From: an uncultured delta proteobacterium
GTDB lineage: Bacteria > Desulfobacterota > Binatia > UBA9968
Reading direction: 5' to 3'
Assembly (NCBI GenBank): GCA_963804165.1
Contig: CAWDPO010000015.1
Location: forward strand, 32,001-96,000
DNA length: 64,000 bases
This document shows, one piece after another, positions 11,557 through 21,623 of the stretch. Within the stretch, counting starts at the first letter, position 1, and the number at the start of each line of letters is the position of its first letter. A program made the translations under genes and the position numbers. The notes beneath the pieces were generated by a model. It did not search any database. It was not told the origin of the DNA and saw only the letters and a program-made list of their open reading frames with translations.

Positions 11557-11853
11557 CTACCTTTTAGGCGGAACTAAAAAGATTTGCTGGATGTTTTTCT
11601 GAGTGGAATGTCTGCCTGTCATCGGGCAGGACACGCCATTATTGGCAAGGTCTGCGAGGTTTTTCGGAACGGGTTTCCCTTTGTACAGCGCGCCGATGCT
11701 TTGTTTGTCGACGGGGCCATCTTCCAATGCAACGGAAATCCCCAGCTCATGGATTCCCCCACATTTGTTGCAAGTAACGAGGACCTCGTACAGGGTTTGT
11801 GAACTCTTCGCAATAAGGGGGTCTGCTGCCAGTATCGTTCGGTGTGGGTGCAT
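11557..11853 (-). CDS. Small hypothetical protein, possibly zinc-binding
   Basis: CNKCGGIH ... CPMTG spacing. Start codon uncertain. Confidence 0.55.
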   Translation of the reverse strand: MHPHRTILAADPLIAKSSQTLYEVLVTCNKCGGIHELGISVALEDGPVDKQSIGALYKGKPVPKNLADLANNGVSCPMTGRHSTQKNIQQIFLVPPKR

Positions 11854-11956
11854 TAAGTGCGTCCGACGTTAGTTATGCCGGCTCCGTTGTTTGGAAGAGA
11901 AAAACGAACAAGTCTTCGATCGACAATAGAGTCGGTTTCTGTTGGTGGGGAGCCTG

Positions 11957-11974
11957 CCCTGAGTGAAGTCGAAG
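11957..11974. repeat. Half REP of the GCCCTGAG...GTCGAAG family
   Basis: GCCCTGAGTGAAGTCGAAG. Its reverse complement CTTCGACTTCA-CT-CAGGGC resembles the rebuilt IS110 target. Confidence 0.5.
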
Positions 11975-12016
11975 AGATCCACTATTGGTTAAAGCCATTT
12001 ACCTGTTACAGCCTTA

Positions 12017-12535
12017 CTAGTTCAACTTGTTTTCACCGGGTTCAAGCGCGCTGTCAATTCGTGCCTCTGCGGCAGTTTTGCTTTCCCCCATGACTTCCGA
12101 GATCTCGCATATCAGGAGCTTTCTCGCGCGATACAGCGTCTCCCGCTCGCGCGCTGCCAGGGTCTTGGTGCTGCTTAGCTGCGTCAGCGACTCGACCATG
12201 TGGGCCAGTTCGAATACGGTTCCCGAGCTGAATAGTTTCAAATTGTCCAGCTCGCGCTGGCGCCAGTTTTTGGCTGTTCCAGGAACTTTAGTTATTGCGA
12301 CGCGGGCCTTGAGATGGCGTAACAGCTTAGGAATCTCAGAGCGGGTCAGCAACGCCCGCATACGTAGATCGTCGGATTTATCGACCGGCACAAACAACTC
12401 GGCCCTACTATCGTCCAAGAGGGCTAATCGGTAATAGCTCGCCGCCCTTCCACAAACCATTTTCTGAACGACCGCACCAATAAGACAGGGACCGCGACCC
12501 GGATAAACAACTTTCTCGCCAACTGTCAGAGTCAT
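12017..12535 (-). CDS. carD: CarD family transcription factor
   Basis: VGEKVVYPGRGPC Tudor-like RNAP-interaction domain, NWRQR with the conserved Trp, and ERETLYRARKLLICEISEV. Confidence 0.85.
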   Translation of the reverse strand: MTLTVGEKVVYPGRGPCLIGAVVQKMVCGRAASYYRLALLDDSRAELFVPVDKSDDLRMRALLTRSEIPKLLRHLKARVAITKVPGTAKNWRQRELDNLKLFSSGTVFELAHMVESLTQLSSTKTLAARERETLYRARKLLICEISEVMGESKTAAEARIDSALEPGENKLN

Positions 12536-12777
12536 TCGAATCTCCATTTCTGCTGGATTTTGGGTAAAACTCGTCGTCCAGTGCTTACGCGGCATCGGAG
12601 AGCGTGTCAGATACTGAGGTAAACAGGAGAAAGTAACTACGATCTTCGGTGTAGAGGAACTCTACCACGTCTGTCTGGAATAAGATATAGCTTGCAAGGT
12701 CCGAGTTTACACCGCTATATCCTGGGTCGCGTCGCTCTTTCGGCGTAATCTCGGCGGCGCACCGCTAGCCGATTTGA

Positions 12778-13572
12778 CTACGCCGCCGTTTCCCACTTAT
12801 CGACGTCGACTTCCCAACCTTTGGTTTGCGATAGATCCAATGCGTTCCCTTCGATGTCGCGGAAGCGGAATTCGGCGTACGGTCGGGTCGAGGGGCGGGG
12901 CGTGATTTTTAACACGCTGCTCAACTCGGCTATCGTCGCCTGCATCGTGTTCGTTAAGAAACCAATGTGATTGATGCCGAACTTGGCTTCGTGGCCCTCG
13001 ATGCGATTGTAGAAGGGATGAATGGCGAGATTGGTTTTACCGTCAGCGCAGAAGCGGTTGCCGCGGCCTTGCTGGCGGCGCAGATAGCTCGACGGGATTT
13101 CGCGCAAGCCGAAAACCTGGGTGTAGAAGAGCAGCATGGTCTCCGGATCGAGAGCGTTGTAGGCGATATGGCGCACGCGTGGAAACTGCTTCTCTCTGCT
13201 CGCCGGCACTCCGAAACTTGTCGTCGATACCGTGACCGGGCGGCATTCCGGGTCATGTAGGCGGATCTCGCCATGCTGGAGGTCGTTGGGTTCCTGGATG
13301 ATCACGCCGCGCGGGTTCAATTTCAAAAAACGGCCTTTCACCTCTTCGAGATCGTCGACTTGCAAGCCGATATGATGCAACCCGATGTCCATGTGTATCT
13401 CACCGAGTGCCGGACGCTTTCTAAAAAACGTCAGGTTATAGAAACCGTCGGTGATCGTGATATCCCCTTCGTCAGAGCGGCCAAGCTCTTCAGTACCGAG
13501 GAAACGGTGATAGAAATTGACTAGCTTCGCCGGATCCTCAGCGAGATAGGCGACGTAACGAAGGGCGGACAT
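12778..13572 (-). CDS. VOC (glyoxalase/extradiol dioxygenase) family protein with two domains
   Basis: Repeated GLHHIGLQV / GINHIGF, RHIAY, DPE and DIEGN motifs. Confidence 0.85.
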   Translation of the reverse strand: MSALRYVAYLAEDPAKLVNFYHRFLGTEELGRSDEGDITITDGFYNLTFFRKRPALGEIHMDIGLHHIGLQVDDLEEVKGRFLKLNPRGVIIQEPNDLQHGEIRLHDPECRPVTVSTTSFGVPASREKQFPRVRHIAYNALDPETMLLFYTQVFGLREIPSSYLRRQQGRGNRFCADGKTNLAIHPFYNRIEGHEAKFGINHIGFLTNTMQATIAELSSVLKITPRPSTRPYAEFRFRDIEGNALDLSQTKGWEVDVDKWETAA

Positions 13573-13605
13573 GGGAATCTCCTTGTAAGTTGAGCTTCGA
13601 AGCAA

Positions 13606-13690
13606 TTGGAGTGGTGGAGTATTGGAGTGATGGGTAGGGCGAATCCGAGTTACCCAATACTCCAGTATTCCAACACTCCATCACCCCAAT
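13606..13690. repeat. GGAGTA/TACTCC-type REP-like inverted repeat
   Basis: TTGGAGTGGTGGAGTATTGGAGTGATGG ... CCAATACTCCAGTATTCCAACACTCCATCACCCCAA. Confidence 0.75.
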
Positions 13691-13692
13691 TC

Positions 13693-14790
13693 TCAGTCTC
13701 TGATATTCTGCGTAAACCACTCCAGCGGCAGCGGGTGACCGAGTCCCTTGGCTTTTGCCAAGTTATACGCCGTTCCGCCGACTGCAGCGAATTGCAGTCC
13801 TTGAGTTCCTTGGTTGTTGAGAAAAGTAATCTGTTGATCGTTGGCTCTGCCGACCCAACGGCCCGCGATAATGTCCGGTACAGTGCCTATGTTCGGGTTG
13901 TCGATCTCATGATGCGGGGACGCGGGGATTTTCTTCTTCTCGTCCGCATTGCCTGCGATGAAGCCAAACATGCCGTCGCTGCCGGTGACGACTTCGGGAG
14001 CGCTGCGATCGGCGAAGAGAGTGGAGGTACCGAGGCGCGCTCTTACATCGGCGCGCGCCAGCACGTCGGCGCCGGCTTCGTTGTTGCGCACGTTGTTGAC
14101 GTGCATGCCGGGTTCGAGCCACTCCGCTTTGATCACGGGAACCAACGAGTCGGTCGTCAGCGACACGATGTCGGCGCCTTTGAGGGCTTTTTCGGGCGAG
14201 TCCAGCGCCGTGACTTCGATGTCTAATTTTTCTGTCATCTCGGCTGCAAAGGCTTCGCGATTCTTTTTGGTCGGACTGAAGACGCGCATGGCTTCGATGG
14301 GCCGGACATGTTTGATCGCTTCCGCGTAGGTGCGCGCCATGCCGCCGGAGCCGATCATTGCGAGGACCGTGGAATTCTTCCGCGCCAGATACTTCGTGCC
14401 TATGCCGGCGCAGGCGCCGACGCGCATGTGCTGCAGGTAACCGTCGTTCATCAGCGCGAGGGGTTCGGCGTTGCGCGTGCTCAGCAGGAAAATTAAGCCG
14501 CAATAACGGCCGCGCTCCATGCAGAACTTGTCCTCGACCATGAAGCCGTCCTGATTTTCCCAGGCGAGCATGTCGGATTTCATGCGGATGGCGAAGACGC
14601 CGAGCTTGCGCGAAGCGCCTTCCATCGTCCCCCAGCGATAGTAATGCGGTTCCTCGGGCACATAAAAATCGATACGCGGGCGGTAGCCGGCGCGCTGATC
14701 GTTCAAGTCACGGTAGGCCTCTTCCATGGCGTCGATGCAAGTTTTCATGTCGAGAACCTGCTCGATCTGTTCGTTGGTCAGAAAAATCAT
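13693..14790 (-). CDS. Ornithine cyclodeaminase/mu-crystallin family protein
   Basis: LQHMRVGA, LAMIGSGGMA, ADIVSLTTDS, WLEPGMHVN, GLQFAAVG. Confidence 0.88.
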   Translation of the reverse strand: MIFLTNEQIEQVLDMKTCIDAMEEAYRDLNDQRAGYRPRIDFYVPEEPHYYRWGTMEGASRKLGVFAIRMKSDMLAWENQDGFMVEDKFCMERGRYCGLIFLLSTRNAEPLALMNDGYLQHMRVGACAGIGTKYLARKNSTVLAMIGSGGMARTYAEAIKHVRPIEAMRVFSPTKKNREAFAAEMTEKLDIEVTALDSPEKALKGADIVSLTTDSLVPVIKAEWLEPGMHVNNVRNNEAGADVLARADVRARLGTSTLFADRSAPEVVTGSDGMFGFIAGNADEKKKIPASPHHEIDNPNIGTVPDIIAGRWVGRANDQQITFLNNQGTQGLQFAAVGGTAYNLAKAKGLGHPLPLEWFTQNIRD

Positions 14791-15060
14791 CGCCGACTGC
14801 TCCTCCGTCTGCGTTGATCGCAAACGTCTTAGCGAGTTTCACCTTTGAGATGCATATAGCCCGTCACTGATTCCCTGTAAACCCTGACATGGAGTCGAAG
14901 GGGTACCTAACAACCGATGCTCGCACACGCACAAGCATGGCGCGAGAAGATTGGCGGAAACTTTTTTGAAAAGTGACGCCCTTTTCTTTGATTGTTTGGG
15001 AACAATTCTATAAATTGTGTAGCTAAAGACGTTTTTCTCTAGTTGGCGTTCACTGCGCGC

Positions 15061-16329
15061 ATGAGCAACCAATCCATCAAGATGAAGCTTCGAGACTCTG
15101 CGCGGCGTTGTCTGTACGTCGGCGTGCTCGCTGCTGTAGCGCTTTTATGCGCGCCGTTTGTGAATTCGTCGCGGCGGGAGCCAGAGTTAACGCCGCCGGC
15201 GGTGGAACCCCCTAAATCTCAATCGCGCGTTGGTGTGACGCTGCGCCGCGGCGACACCCTAGTTTCGGTTCTCAAGCGTTTCGGCATCGAGCCGCCGTCG
15301 GCGCATGCGATGATCGAGAAGGTTCGGCCTTTCGTCAATCCCAGAAGAATTCGCCCGGGCGACAACGTCCATGTCGTGCTCAATGCCCGAGATCGAACCG
15401 TCGAAGCCATGGAGGTCGTCGTCGATGAGGATTTGATTCGCGTCAAAGCGACCGAGGGCGGTTGGTTAGCCGAGCGCCACGAAATCCCGTTCGTCCGGGA
15501 ACGCCGTCTGGTCCGAGGTACGATAAAGGGAAGTCTTTATGAGAGCGGCACGGATGCCGGGCTTTCGCCGCAACAAATTTTAGATTTGGCGAAGATCTTT
15601 GAATACGACATCGATTTCTTTTCTGATTTTCACCCCGGGGACAATTTCACCGTGATCGTTGAATATATCCGTTACGCCGATGGGCGGCGCGGCGCCGGAC
15701 GGATCGTCTCGGCTGAGTTGGCTGCGGAAAACGATATTTTCGACGCCTTTTATTATGTCGGCAAGGATGGCAACGGGGATTATTACAATAGCAAGGGCGA
15801 AGCTTTGCGCCGTTCGTTTTTGCGCGCTCCATTGAGCTATCTGCGGATTTCCTCGCCGTTTAATCGCAATCGACTTCATCCGATTTTCCGGACGCTGCGC
15901 CCGCATCTTGCCATCGACTACGCCGCGCCTGTGGGCAGCCCAGTCGTGGCGATCGGGCGTGGTGAGGTCGCGTTTGCGGGATGGCGCAATGGCTACGGCA
16001 ACGTCATTGATATTCGCCACGCGGGGAATTATATGTCGCGTTATGCACACTTCTCGCGTTTCGCGGCGAAGCTTCGCCGCGGGCAGTCGGTAAATGCCGG
16101 AGACGTGATCGGCTATGTTGGGCAAACCGGACACGCTACCGGACCGCATTTGCATTTTGAGTTTCTCCGCGGCGGCACAAAGATTAACTTTCTCGATCTT
16201 CGCATTTCAAAGACGCAACAATTGGCGGGAGTCGATCTGCAACGTTTCAATCGCCTGCGCGATCAGCAGCTGGCACTGCTGCACAACAACAACGATAGCG
16301 TCGTCGGCAACGCGCAAAAGGGTCTCTAA
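15061..16329 (+). CDS. M23 family peptidoglycan DD-endopeptidase (MepM/OapA-like)
   Basis: N-terminal transmembrane helix, LysM-like RGDTL segment, HLAIDYAAP (HxxxD) and TGPHLHFE (HxH). Confidence 0.9.
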   Translation: MSNQSIKMKLRDSARRCLYVGVLAAVALLCAPFVNSSRREPELTPPAVEPPKSQSRVGVTLRRGDTLVSVLKRFGIEPPSAHAMIEKVRPFVNPRRIRPGDNVHVVLNARDRTVEAMEVVVDEDLIRVKATEGGWLAERHEIPFVRERRLVRGTIKGSLYESGTDAGLSPQQILDLAKIFEYDIDFFSDFHPGDNFTVIVEYIRYADGRRGAGRIVSAELAAENDIFDAFYYVGKDGNGDYYNSKGEALRRSFLRAPLSYLRISSPFNRNRLHPIFRTLRPHLAIDYAAPVGSPVVAIGRGEVAFAGWRNGYGNVIDIRHAGNYMSRYAHFSRFAAKLRRGQSVNAGDVIGYVGQTGHATGPHLHFEFLRGGTKINFLDLRISKTQQLAGVDLQRFNRLRDQQLALLHNNNDSVVGNAQKGL

Positions 16330-16384
16330 TCTCTCGAATGCCACTCGTGTCGTGGAATTAGCGGAGTGACTTCCTCCCGGTTCC

Positions 16385-16473
16385 GTCATTCCCGCATGTT
16401 TCTAGCGGGAATCCATCTTCCGATTAAGAGTCCTCGCGCAGTCGTCTGGATGCACCGCTTGCGCCGGCACGAC
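16385..16473. repeat. GTCATTCCCGC...GGAATCCA REP-like element
   Basis: GTCATTCCCGCATGTTTCTAGCGGGAATCCA ... CTGGATGCACCGCTTGCGCCGGCACGAC between convergent genes. Confidence 0.7.
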
Positions 16474-16567
16474 GAACTCTCACTTAAGGGATCAACCATC
16501 TCCGAGACAGACGTTAATCCGCCGCGCTGTCACTCGCCGATGCAACTGCCAGGCATAGTGCGGCGCT

Positions 16568-17650
16568 TTACAATCCATACAACGCCTTGGCGTTGTGTGA
16601 GAGTATTTTTTCTTTGACGGTGGCGTCGATGCCTTCCATGCGTTGGAATTCGTTCAATGCGGTCACGGCGCTGGATGGGTCGGTGTGGCCGTAGTCGGTA
16701 CCGATCACCAGGCGATCTTCGCCGGCGCAGCTCACAATATAGGGCACATCGTCGTTGACTTGGCAGGTAACGAAAATATTGTAAGCCTCGAAGACGTTCT
16801 CCGGGAAAGATCGATTAGCGACCCGGTAACGAATTTTTGCCTCGCGATAGATCCATGGCACCCACTGCGCCGAGGCTTCTATAAAGCCCCAGCGGAGTTT
16901 CGGGAACGTGTCGTGCAGTTCGCTCATGATGACGTCGAAGCAGGCGGTTACGGTCGGCACGCGGAATTGCGCGAAGCGGCCGGCGGGAGCTAAGCGATAA
17001 AGGTCCGCGTTTTCCGGGTTGCCGTTGGCGATGTGCACGGCGATCGACAGGTCGAGATCGCTGGCGATTTCATAGAGCGGATAAAAATAGGGGTCCGATA
17101 GATGGCGCTCGCCTTCGAGAGGCCGCATGCACACCGCGGCAGCGCCGTTTTCCTTGGCGAATTTTATTTCCTCGATCGCTGCATCGATGTTCATCGCAGG
17201 CATGACGCAGGAATAAAATAATCGCCCATGACTTTTCTTCGAGATATCGGCCAGCCAGCGATTCCAACTGCGGCACAAAGCGACCTCGGCGTCGGGCCGA
17301 GTGGTGATGCGCTCGATCCAAAACGTGTTGTGCAGCACCTGAATGTCGATGCCCAGTTCATCCATATGCTTCAGACGCAGATCGACATCGTCCAGCTCGC
17401 GCGCGGCTTGCGGCGTTTCGAAGTTTCGCCCGGTGCGCTGGGCGAAGTCGCGAAGTTCTTGTTCAGATAAAGTTAAGAAACGAAAGCCAGCGATCTTGTC
17501 GTCGATGACCCAGTACTGCCGGGTCGGATCTTCGGGAGTGGAATAGAGCTTGGGGCGAAATTTACGCTCTGACGCGTCGAGATAATCCCAAGTGCGCTCG
17601 GTTTCAATGACGTGGGCGTCGGCATCGATGATTGGAATTGAATGGTTCAT
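16568..17650 (-). CDS. Amidohydrolase_2 family protein
   Basis: IIDADAHVIE, AVHIA, FIEASAQWVP, IGTDYGH. Confidence 0.88.
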   Translation of the reverse strand: MNHSIPIIDADAHVIETERTWDYLDASERKFRPKLYSTPEDPTRQYWVIDDKIAGFRFLTLSEQELRDFAQRTGRNFETPQAARELDDVDLRLKHMDELGIDIQVLHNTFWIERITTRPDAEVALCRSWNRWLADISKKSHGRLFYSCVMPAMNIDAAIEEIKFAKENGAAAVCMRPLEGERHLSDPYFYPLYEIASDLDLSIAVHIANGNPENADLYRLAPAGRFAQFRVPTVTACFDVIMSELHDTFPKLRWGFIEASAQWVPWIYREAKIRYRVANRSFPENVFEAYNIFVTCQVNDDVPYIVSCAGEDRLVIGTDYGHTDPSSAVTALNEFQRMEGIDATVKEKILSHNAKALYGL

Positions 17651-17863
17651 GGCGATTCTCCCTTCGGGCCGCAGGTCTCTGGCGCTACCCGAAGGTATTG
17701 CGGTGATGAGGCGCTGTCAAGATTGAATTGCGCGCGGCAGGTCCTCGTGGTGCGATAATTTTCGCTTGACTCTAATTTCGCGCCATTGGCATATAACCAA
17801 CCAGTCGCAGCTATTTCTCGTGAGCGTGCGTTGTTGCGCTGAATTCTCGTCGCGTGGAGGGCC

Positions 17864-19027
17864 ATGGTCATGAAAAGCGCTTACGGTCTAATGATTCCTG
17901 AACCCGATCCCACGCTCCCGCGGGTCGGGCCGGGCACGCCGTGCGGCGAGCTGATGCGTCGCTACTGGCAGCCGGTGTGCCTATCAGCGGATCTCACAGA
18001 CTTGCCGAAAGCGGTGCGCATTCTCGGCGAAGACTTGATCGCCTTTCGCGACGGCGAGGGCAGGGCGGGACTCTTATTTCCGCTGTGCAGCCATCGCGCT
18101 ACGTCGCTCAAGTACGGCCGCGTCGAACAGCACGGGCTTCGCTGCTGCTATCACGGCTGGCTTTATGATGTCGAAGGCAACGTCTTGGAGATGCCGCTGG
18201 AGCCAGCCCGTAATCCTTATTTAAAACAGATCCATCATCCCTGTTACCCTGTGCGCGAGTTCGCCGGCTTGGTGTTCGGCTACCTGGGGCCGCTCGACAA
18301 GGTGCCGGAATTTCCCGTTTATGATATCTGGCAGACGGCAGGCGGCACGCTCAAGGCGCGCATGGGACCGCGGGTCGGCGGACCGGTGAACTGCAATTGG
18401 CTCCAGGCCGAAGAAAATCTTATGGACGCGCTGCACACCTTCTGGCTGCATACCCGACACAGCGGCGCGCAGTTCCCTTCGCAAGTCTACGGCGTCGACC
18501 CCGACGCCCTGGAGTATGAAGAGACTGAAATGGGCATGCGCTTCGTGCTCACACGGAAATTGGAAAACGGCAAGCGGTGGGAGCTCATCTGGGAGATGAT
18601 CATGCCGCTCAACGTTCACTTGGTCTATACCGATGAGCCCAACACCGAACGGGTGCGCTCGGTGAGCTACTGTGTGCCAGTGGACGATACCCATCAACTC
18701 GGCGCGAGCATTCGCTGGCTGCCCGACGGCGAGCCCGAAACGCTTTCCGGCCGTGAGCAGCTTGCGCCCGGCGGGCGCAAGAACACGAGCTACGAATACA
18801 CCCAGCGCCATCCGGACGATAAGGAAGCGGTGGAAGGGCAGGGCCCGATCGCGCTACACGGCTTGGAACATCTGGTCACGTCCGACAAGGGCGTGGTGAT
18901 GTTCAGAAGGATTCTGAGAAAAGCCATCCAGGCAGTCGCGCAGGGTGACGACCCGAAGGGAATTTTTCGCGACCCGGTTAGAGCGTCATTCGTTGCCACA
19001 AGCGCCGGCAGCGTCGTTAGGGATTAG
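17864..19027 (+). CDS. Rieske non-heme iron oxygenase alpha subunit (phthalate 4,5-dioxygenase-like)
   Basis: Rieske motif CSHR...CCYHGW and mononuclear iron motif EENLMDALHTFWLH. N-terminal VGPGTPCGELMRRYWQP and EHLVTSDKGV are typical of this clade. Confidence 0.9.
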   Translation: MVMKSAYGLMIPEPDPTLPRVGPGTPCGELMRRYWQPVCLSADLTDLPKAVRILGEDLIAFRDGEGRAGLLFPLCSHRATSLKYGRVEQHGLRCCYHGWLYDVEGNVLEMPLEPARNPYLKQIHHPCYPVREFAGLVFGYLGPLDKVPEFPVYDIWQTAGGTLKARMGPRVGGPVNCNWLQAEENLMDALHTFWLHTRHSGAQFPSQVYGVDPDALEYEETEMGMRFVLTRKLENGKRWELIWEMIMPLNVHLVYTDEPNTERVRSVSYCVPVDDTHQLGASIRWLPDGEPETLSGREQLAPGGRKNTSYEYTQRHPDDKEAVEGQGPIALHGLEHLVTSDKGVVMFRRILRKAIQAVAQGDDPKGIFRDPVRASFVATSAGSVVRD

Positions 19028-19060
19028 GCACTTCCCCCGCACAAGGTCGCTCTCGGCGGG

Positions 19061-20650
19061 TTAGCGCCGACTTGCTGTCTTGCGTGAAACCGGTTTGTCG
19101 ATCGCTTCGCCCCAGCGGGTGAGGAACGTGAGCAAGAACTCACTTTGTTGAGCCGGTTCGACCGCTAGCGGCGCCAGTGACATCGCGACGGTAAGGGCGA
19201 TGTGGTAGCCGATCGAGCGCGATACGAGCGCCCGGTGATATGCAGGGTGGGCGCGATTGACCCAGACCGTCGATTCAACGAGGCGCCCGAGATCCGTACC
19301 GTCGGCGCGATCCTCGAATTGAATATCCAGTCCATAATGGGCGGGGCGGCGAACAGCGGATTTGCCCGGCAACTGCAGCTCCTGCGTCTTATCGGTTACG
19401 TTCCCCGCCGGTTCGTTCACGCTTGGGTTTCCGCCTTCTCGGTCTGCCGCGCTTGGGGTGATTTCTTCGGTTCGCGGTTCGTCCGTTTCTGTTTGGGCGC
19501 TTACAGACGCGGCAACGAAGCTCCGCGCATCGCCGTTACTCTCTCGCGCTGCCAGCGGCAATCGCTTTTGTCCGCCGGCCCGCCGTTCCACCAGACTCGC
19601 TAGCAGCGGAAAATCCATGGCCAAATCTTCAAGCAGATGCGCAAGATCGCGCTGCAATGGGCGTAGCTCGCGCGGCGGCGCTTGTTCGTCTGCAGGCGGC
19701 GCATCGCCCCATTCGGCGAGCTGTTTAGCGACCGCTTGCTGAATCGCTTTGCGAAACGCCAGATAAGTCGCGCCGCGCGCGCCGGTGCGGATGAAATCGC
19801 CCTTGTTCAACGTCAAGCATGCCGCCAGTTCCGGCACCTCGATCAAGCCGCCGATCCGTTCCGGCGCGCTCGGCGTCATACCCAGCCAATCCCAGCCGCG
19901 CCGGATCACCTTGCCGAACGTGCTGATGGCGAGACCGCGTTGATCATCAAGCAGGGCATCTTCTTCGCGAAAGAGGTAACCCAACGCCGACGGTTTACGC
20001 CGGCGCAGCAGACGGATTTCCACCGGCGCCTGCAACGGTGCGAGGGAACGCTGTTTTTCCAGGCGCCGGCCGTTGACGTCGATGGCGATGCTTTTGGGAT
20101 AGTGCGCCGAGAGAAATTCATCGAAAGCGGAATCGAGCAAAGGCTGGAAGTGACGTCTGAGAGTGCCTTCAAGAAATCCGGCGTCGAGCAATGGCGACAA
20201 CGGGTTGCGAAGCTTGAGCCGCACTGCGGTGCCGCGTTCGCCGATCAGTCCCGGAGCAGGCACCCATTTCCATGGCGCGCGATGGCGGGACGCCATGTGC
20301 CATGACGATGCCACGTGATTTTTACCACGCCGGGTTTCGGTCAGGACTTCCTCGCAAATGAGCAATCCGAGCTTGATGCCGACCCCGGCGAAGCCGATGC
20401 CTTGGCCGCGAATCTTATTGCTTGACGCGATGTCATGGAATCGCGCCAGATCGCGCCGCTGCATGCCCGAGCCGTTGTCGACGACCATCAGTGTGCTTTG
20501 CGCCGGATCTGACTGGAAAGAGATCAGCGACGCGCCGGAGTCGAGCGCGTTGGCCATGATCTCGGTAAGAATGGTTTCTTCAAGGGAGCCGGGATAAGCA
20601 TCCCGCAGATCTTCGAGGAGATGCAGCAGGTCTACACGAGTTTCACCCAT
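19061..20650 (-). CDS. GHKL (HATPase_c) ATPase, MORC-like
   Basis: TEIMANALDS (N box), DNGSGM (G1), GFAGVGIK (G2), GTAVRL (G3), S5-like region ending LTLNKGDF, and C-terminal VNRAHPAY. Confidence 0.8.
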   Translation of the reverse strand: MGETRVDLLHLLEDLRDAYPGSLEETILTEIMANALDSGASLISFQSDPAQSTLMVVDNGSGMQRRDLARFHDIASSNKIRGQGIGFAGVGIKLGLLICEEVLTETRRGKNHVASSWHMASRHRAPWKWVPAPGLIGERGTAVRLKLRNPLSPLLDAGFLEGTLRRHFQPLLDSAFDEFLSAHYPKSIAIDVNGRRLEKQRSLAPLQAPVEIRLLRRRKPSALGYLFREEDALLDDQRGLAISTFGKVIRRGWDWLGMTPSAPERIGGLIEVPELAACLTLNKGDFIRTGARGATYLAFRKAIQQAVAKQLAEWGDAPPADEQAPPRELRPLQRDLAHLLEDLAMDFPLLASLVERRAGGQKRLPLAARESNGDARSFVAASVSAQTETDEPRTEEITPSAADREGGNPSVNEPAGNVTDKTQELQLPGKSAVRRPAHYGLDIQFEDRADGTDLGRLVESTVWVNRAHPAYHRALVSRSIGYHIALTVAMSLAPLAVEPAQQSEFLLTFLTRWGEAIDKPVSRKTASRR

Positions 20651-20766
20651 CGATCGTCGCTCTCTTCACCCTTGATATGAATGTATCAGGGCAGCGTCGG
20701 ATGCAAGCGTCGCCCGTCCGGGAACACGTTACTGGCTCGCGTTCAACTCGCCGTACAAACGAATAA

Positions 20767-21183
20767 TCATCCGCTGATTCCGATCCGGCCGGCAAGCCAC
20801 TGGCCGGCGACCATCGCGGCGACGAACAGCACAATCTCAAGTGACCCCGAAGCTAAACCTGCCAAGGCTGGGCCAGGGCACAGACCGCCCAGTCCCCAGC
20901 CAATACCGAAGATAGCGGCGCCAAGGACTAGCGGCAGGTCGAGTTGCGTTTTTACCGGCAAGGCGAATTTTTGTCCGAGAAGTGAGAAAGGCCGGCCCGA
21001 AATGAGCGGAAACATTGTCACCGTAACCGCCAGCGCGCCCGCCATGACCAGCACCAGCGTGGCGTCCCAGCGGCCGGTCACGTCGAGGAAGCCGATGACG
21101 CGGGCCGGATTGATCATTTCGGAAATGCTCAGACCCAAGCCAAAGAGCATCCCGACCGCGAAGCTGCTCAGAACGAAGATCAT
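20767..21183 (-). CDS. YeeE/YedE family sulfur-compound transporter subunit
   Basis: Hydrophobic, with GLGLSISEMINP..V.GFLD..G.WD and FGIGWGLGGLCPGPA. Overlaps the upstream gene as TGATG. Confidence 0.85.
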   Translation of the reverse strand: MIFVLSSFAVGMLFGLGLSISEMINPARVIGFLDVTGRWDATLVLVMAGALAVTVTMFPLISGRPFSLLGQKFALPVKTQLDLPLVLGAAIFGIGWGLGGLCPGPALAGLASGSLEIVLFVAAMVAGQWLAGRIGISG

Positions 21184-21602
21184 CAGAACAACTGCTTCAT
21201 CAGGTATACGGTAATGATTCCGCAAAGCATGAAAGTGATCGTGGCGACAAACGAGCGCGGCGAGCGGCGGGCTAAGCCGCAGACACCATGCCCGGATGTA
21301 CAGCCTGAACCGAGTCTGGTGCCGAACCCGACGAGTAGTCCGGCAGCCACCAAAGTCGGGCCGTGGGTGTGGAGTCGCTGCGGTAATCCGCCATGGATGA
21401 GCGAATAAAGTGCAGCGCCCGCGGCCAATCCCAAAACGAAAGCGAGGCGCCAAAGACGCTCGCCAGAATTATTTGAGCTAACTACGCCGCCCAATATCCC
21501 GGAAACACCGGCGATGCGACCATTTAACGCGAAAAGCAGGACGGCGGCCAAGCCGATCAAAAGCCCGCCGATTAAGCCGCCGGTGACATTGGGTTCAGCC
21601 AT
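21183..21602 (-). CDS. YeeE/YedE family sulfur-compound transporter subunit
   Basis: GGLLIGLA, GRIAGVSG, GTRLGSGCTSGHGVCG. Confidence 0.88.
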   Translation of the reverse strand: MAEPNVTGGLIGGLLIGLAAVLLFALNGRIAGVSGILGGVVSSNNSGERLWRLAFVLGLAAGAALYSLIHGGLPQRLHTHGPTLVAAGLLVGFGTRLGSGCTSGHGVCGLARRSPRSFVATITFMLCGIITVYLMKQLF

Positions 21603-21623
21603 ATCGCCTGAGCTTCCGACTCG

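Noticed and set aside
12540-12720. Long carD leader as a riboswitch or sRNA
   Set aside because: No known aptamer consensus was recognisable by eye; an Rfam search would be needed.
13606-13690. Short GGAGT repeats as a possible CRISPR array
   Set aside because: They form one inverted repeat with no unique spacers, and no cas genes are present.
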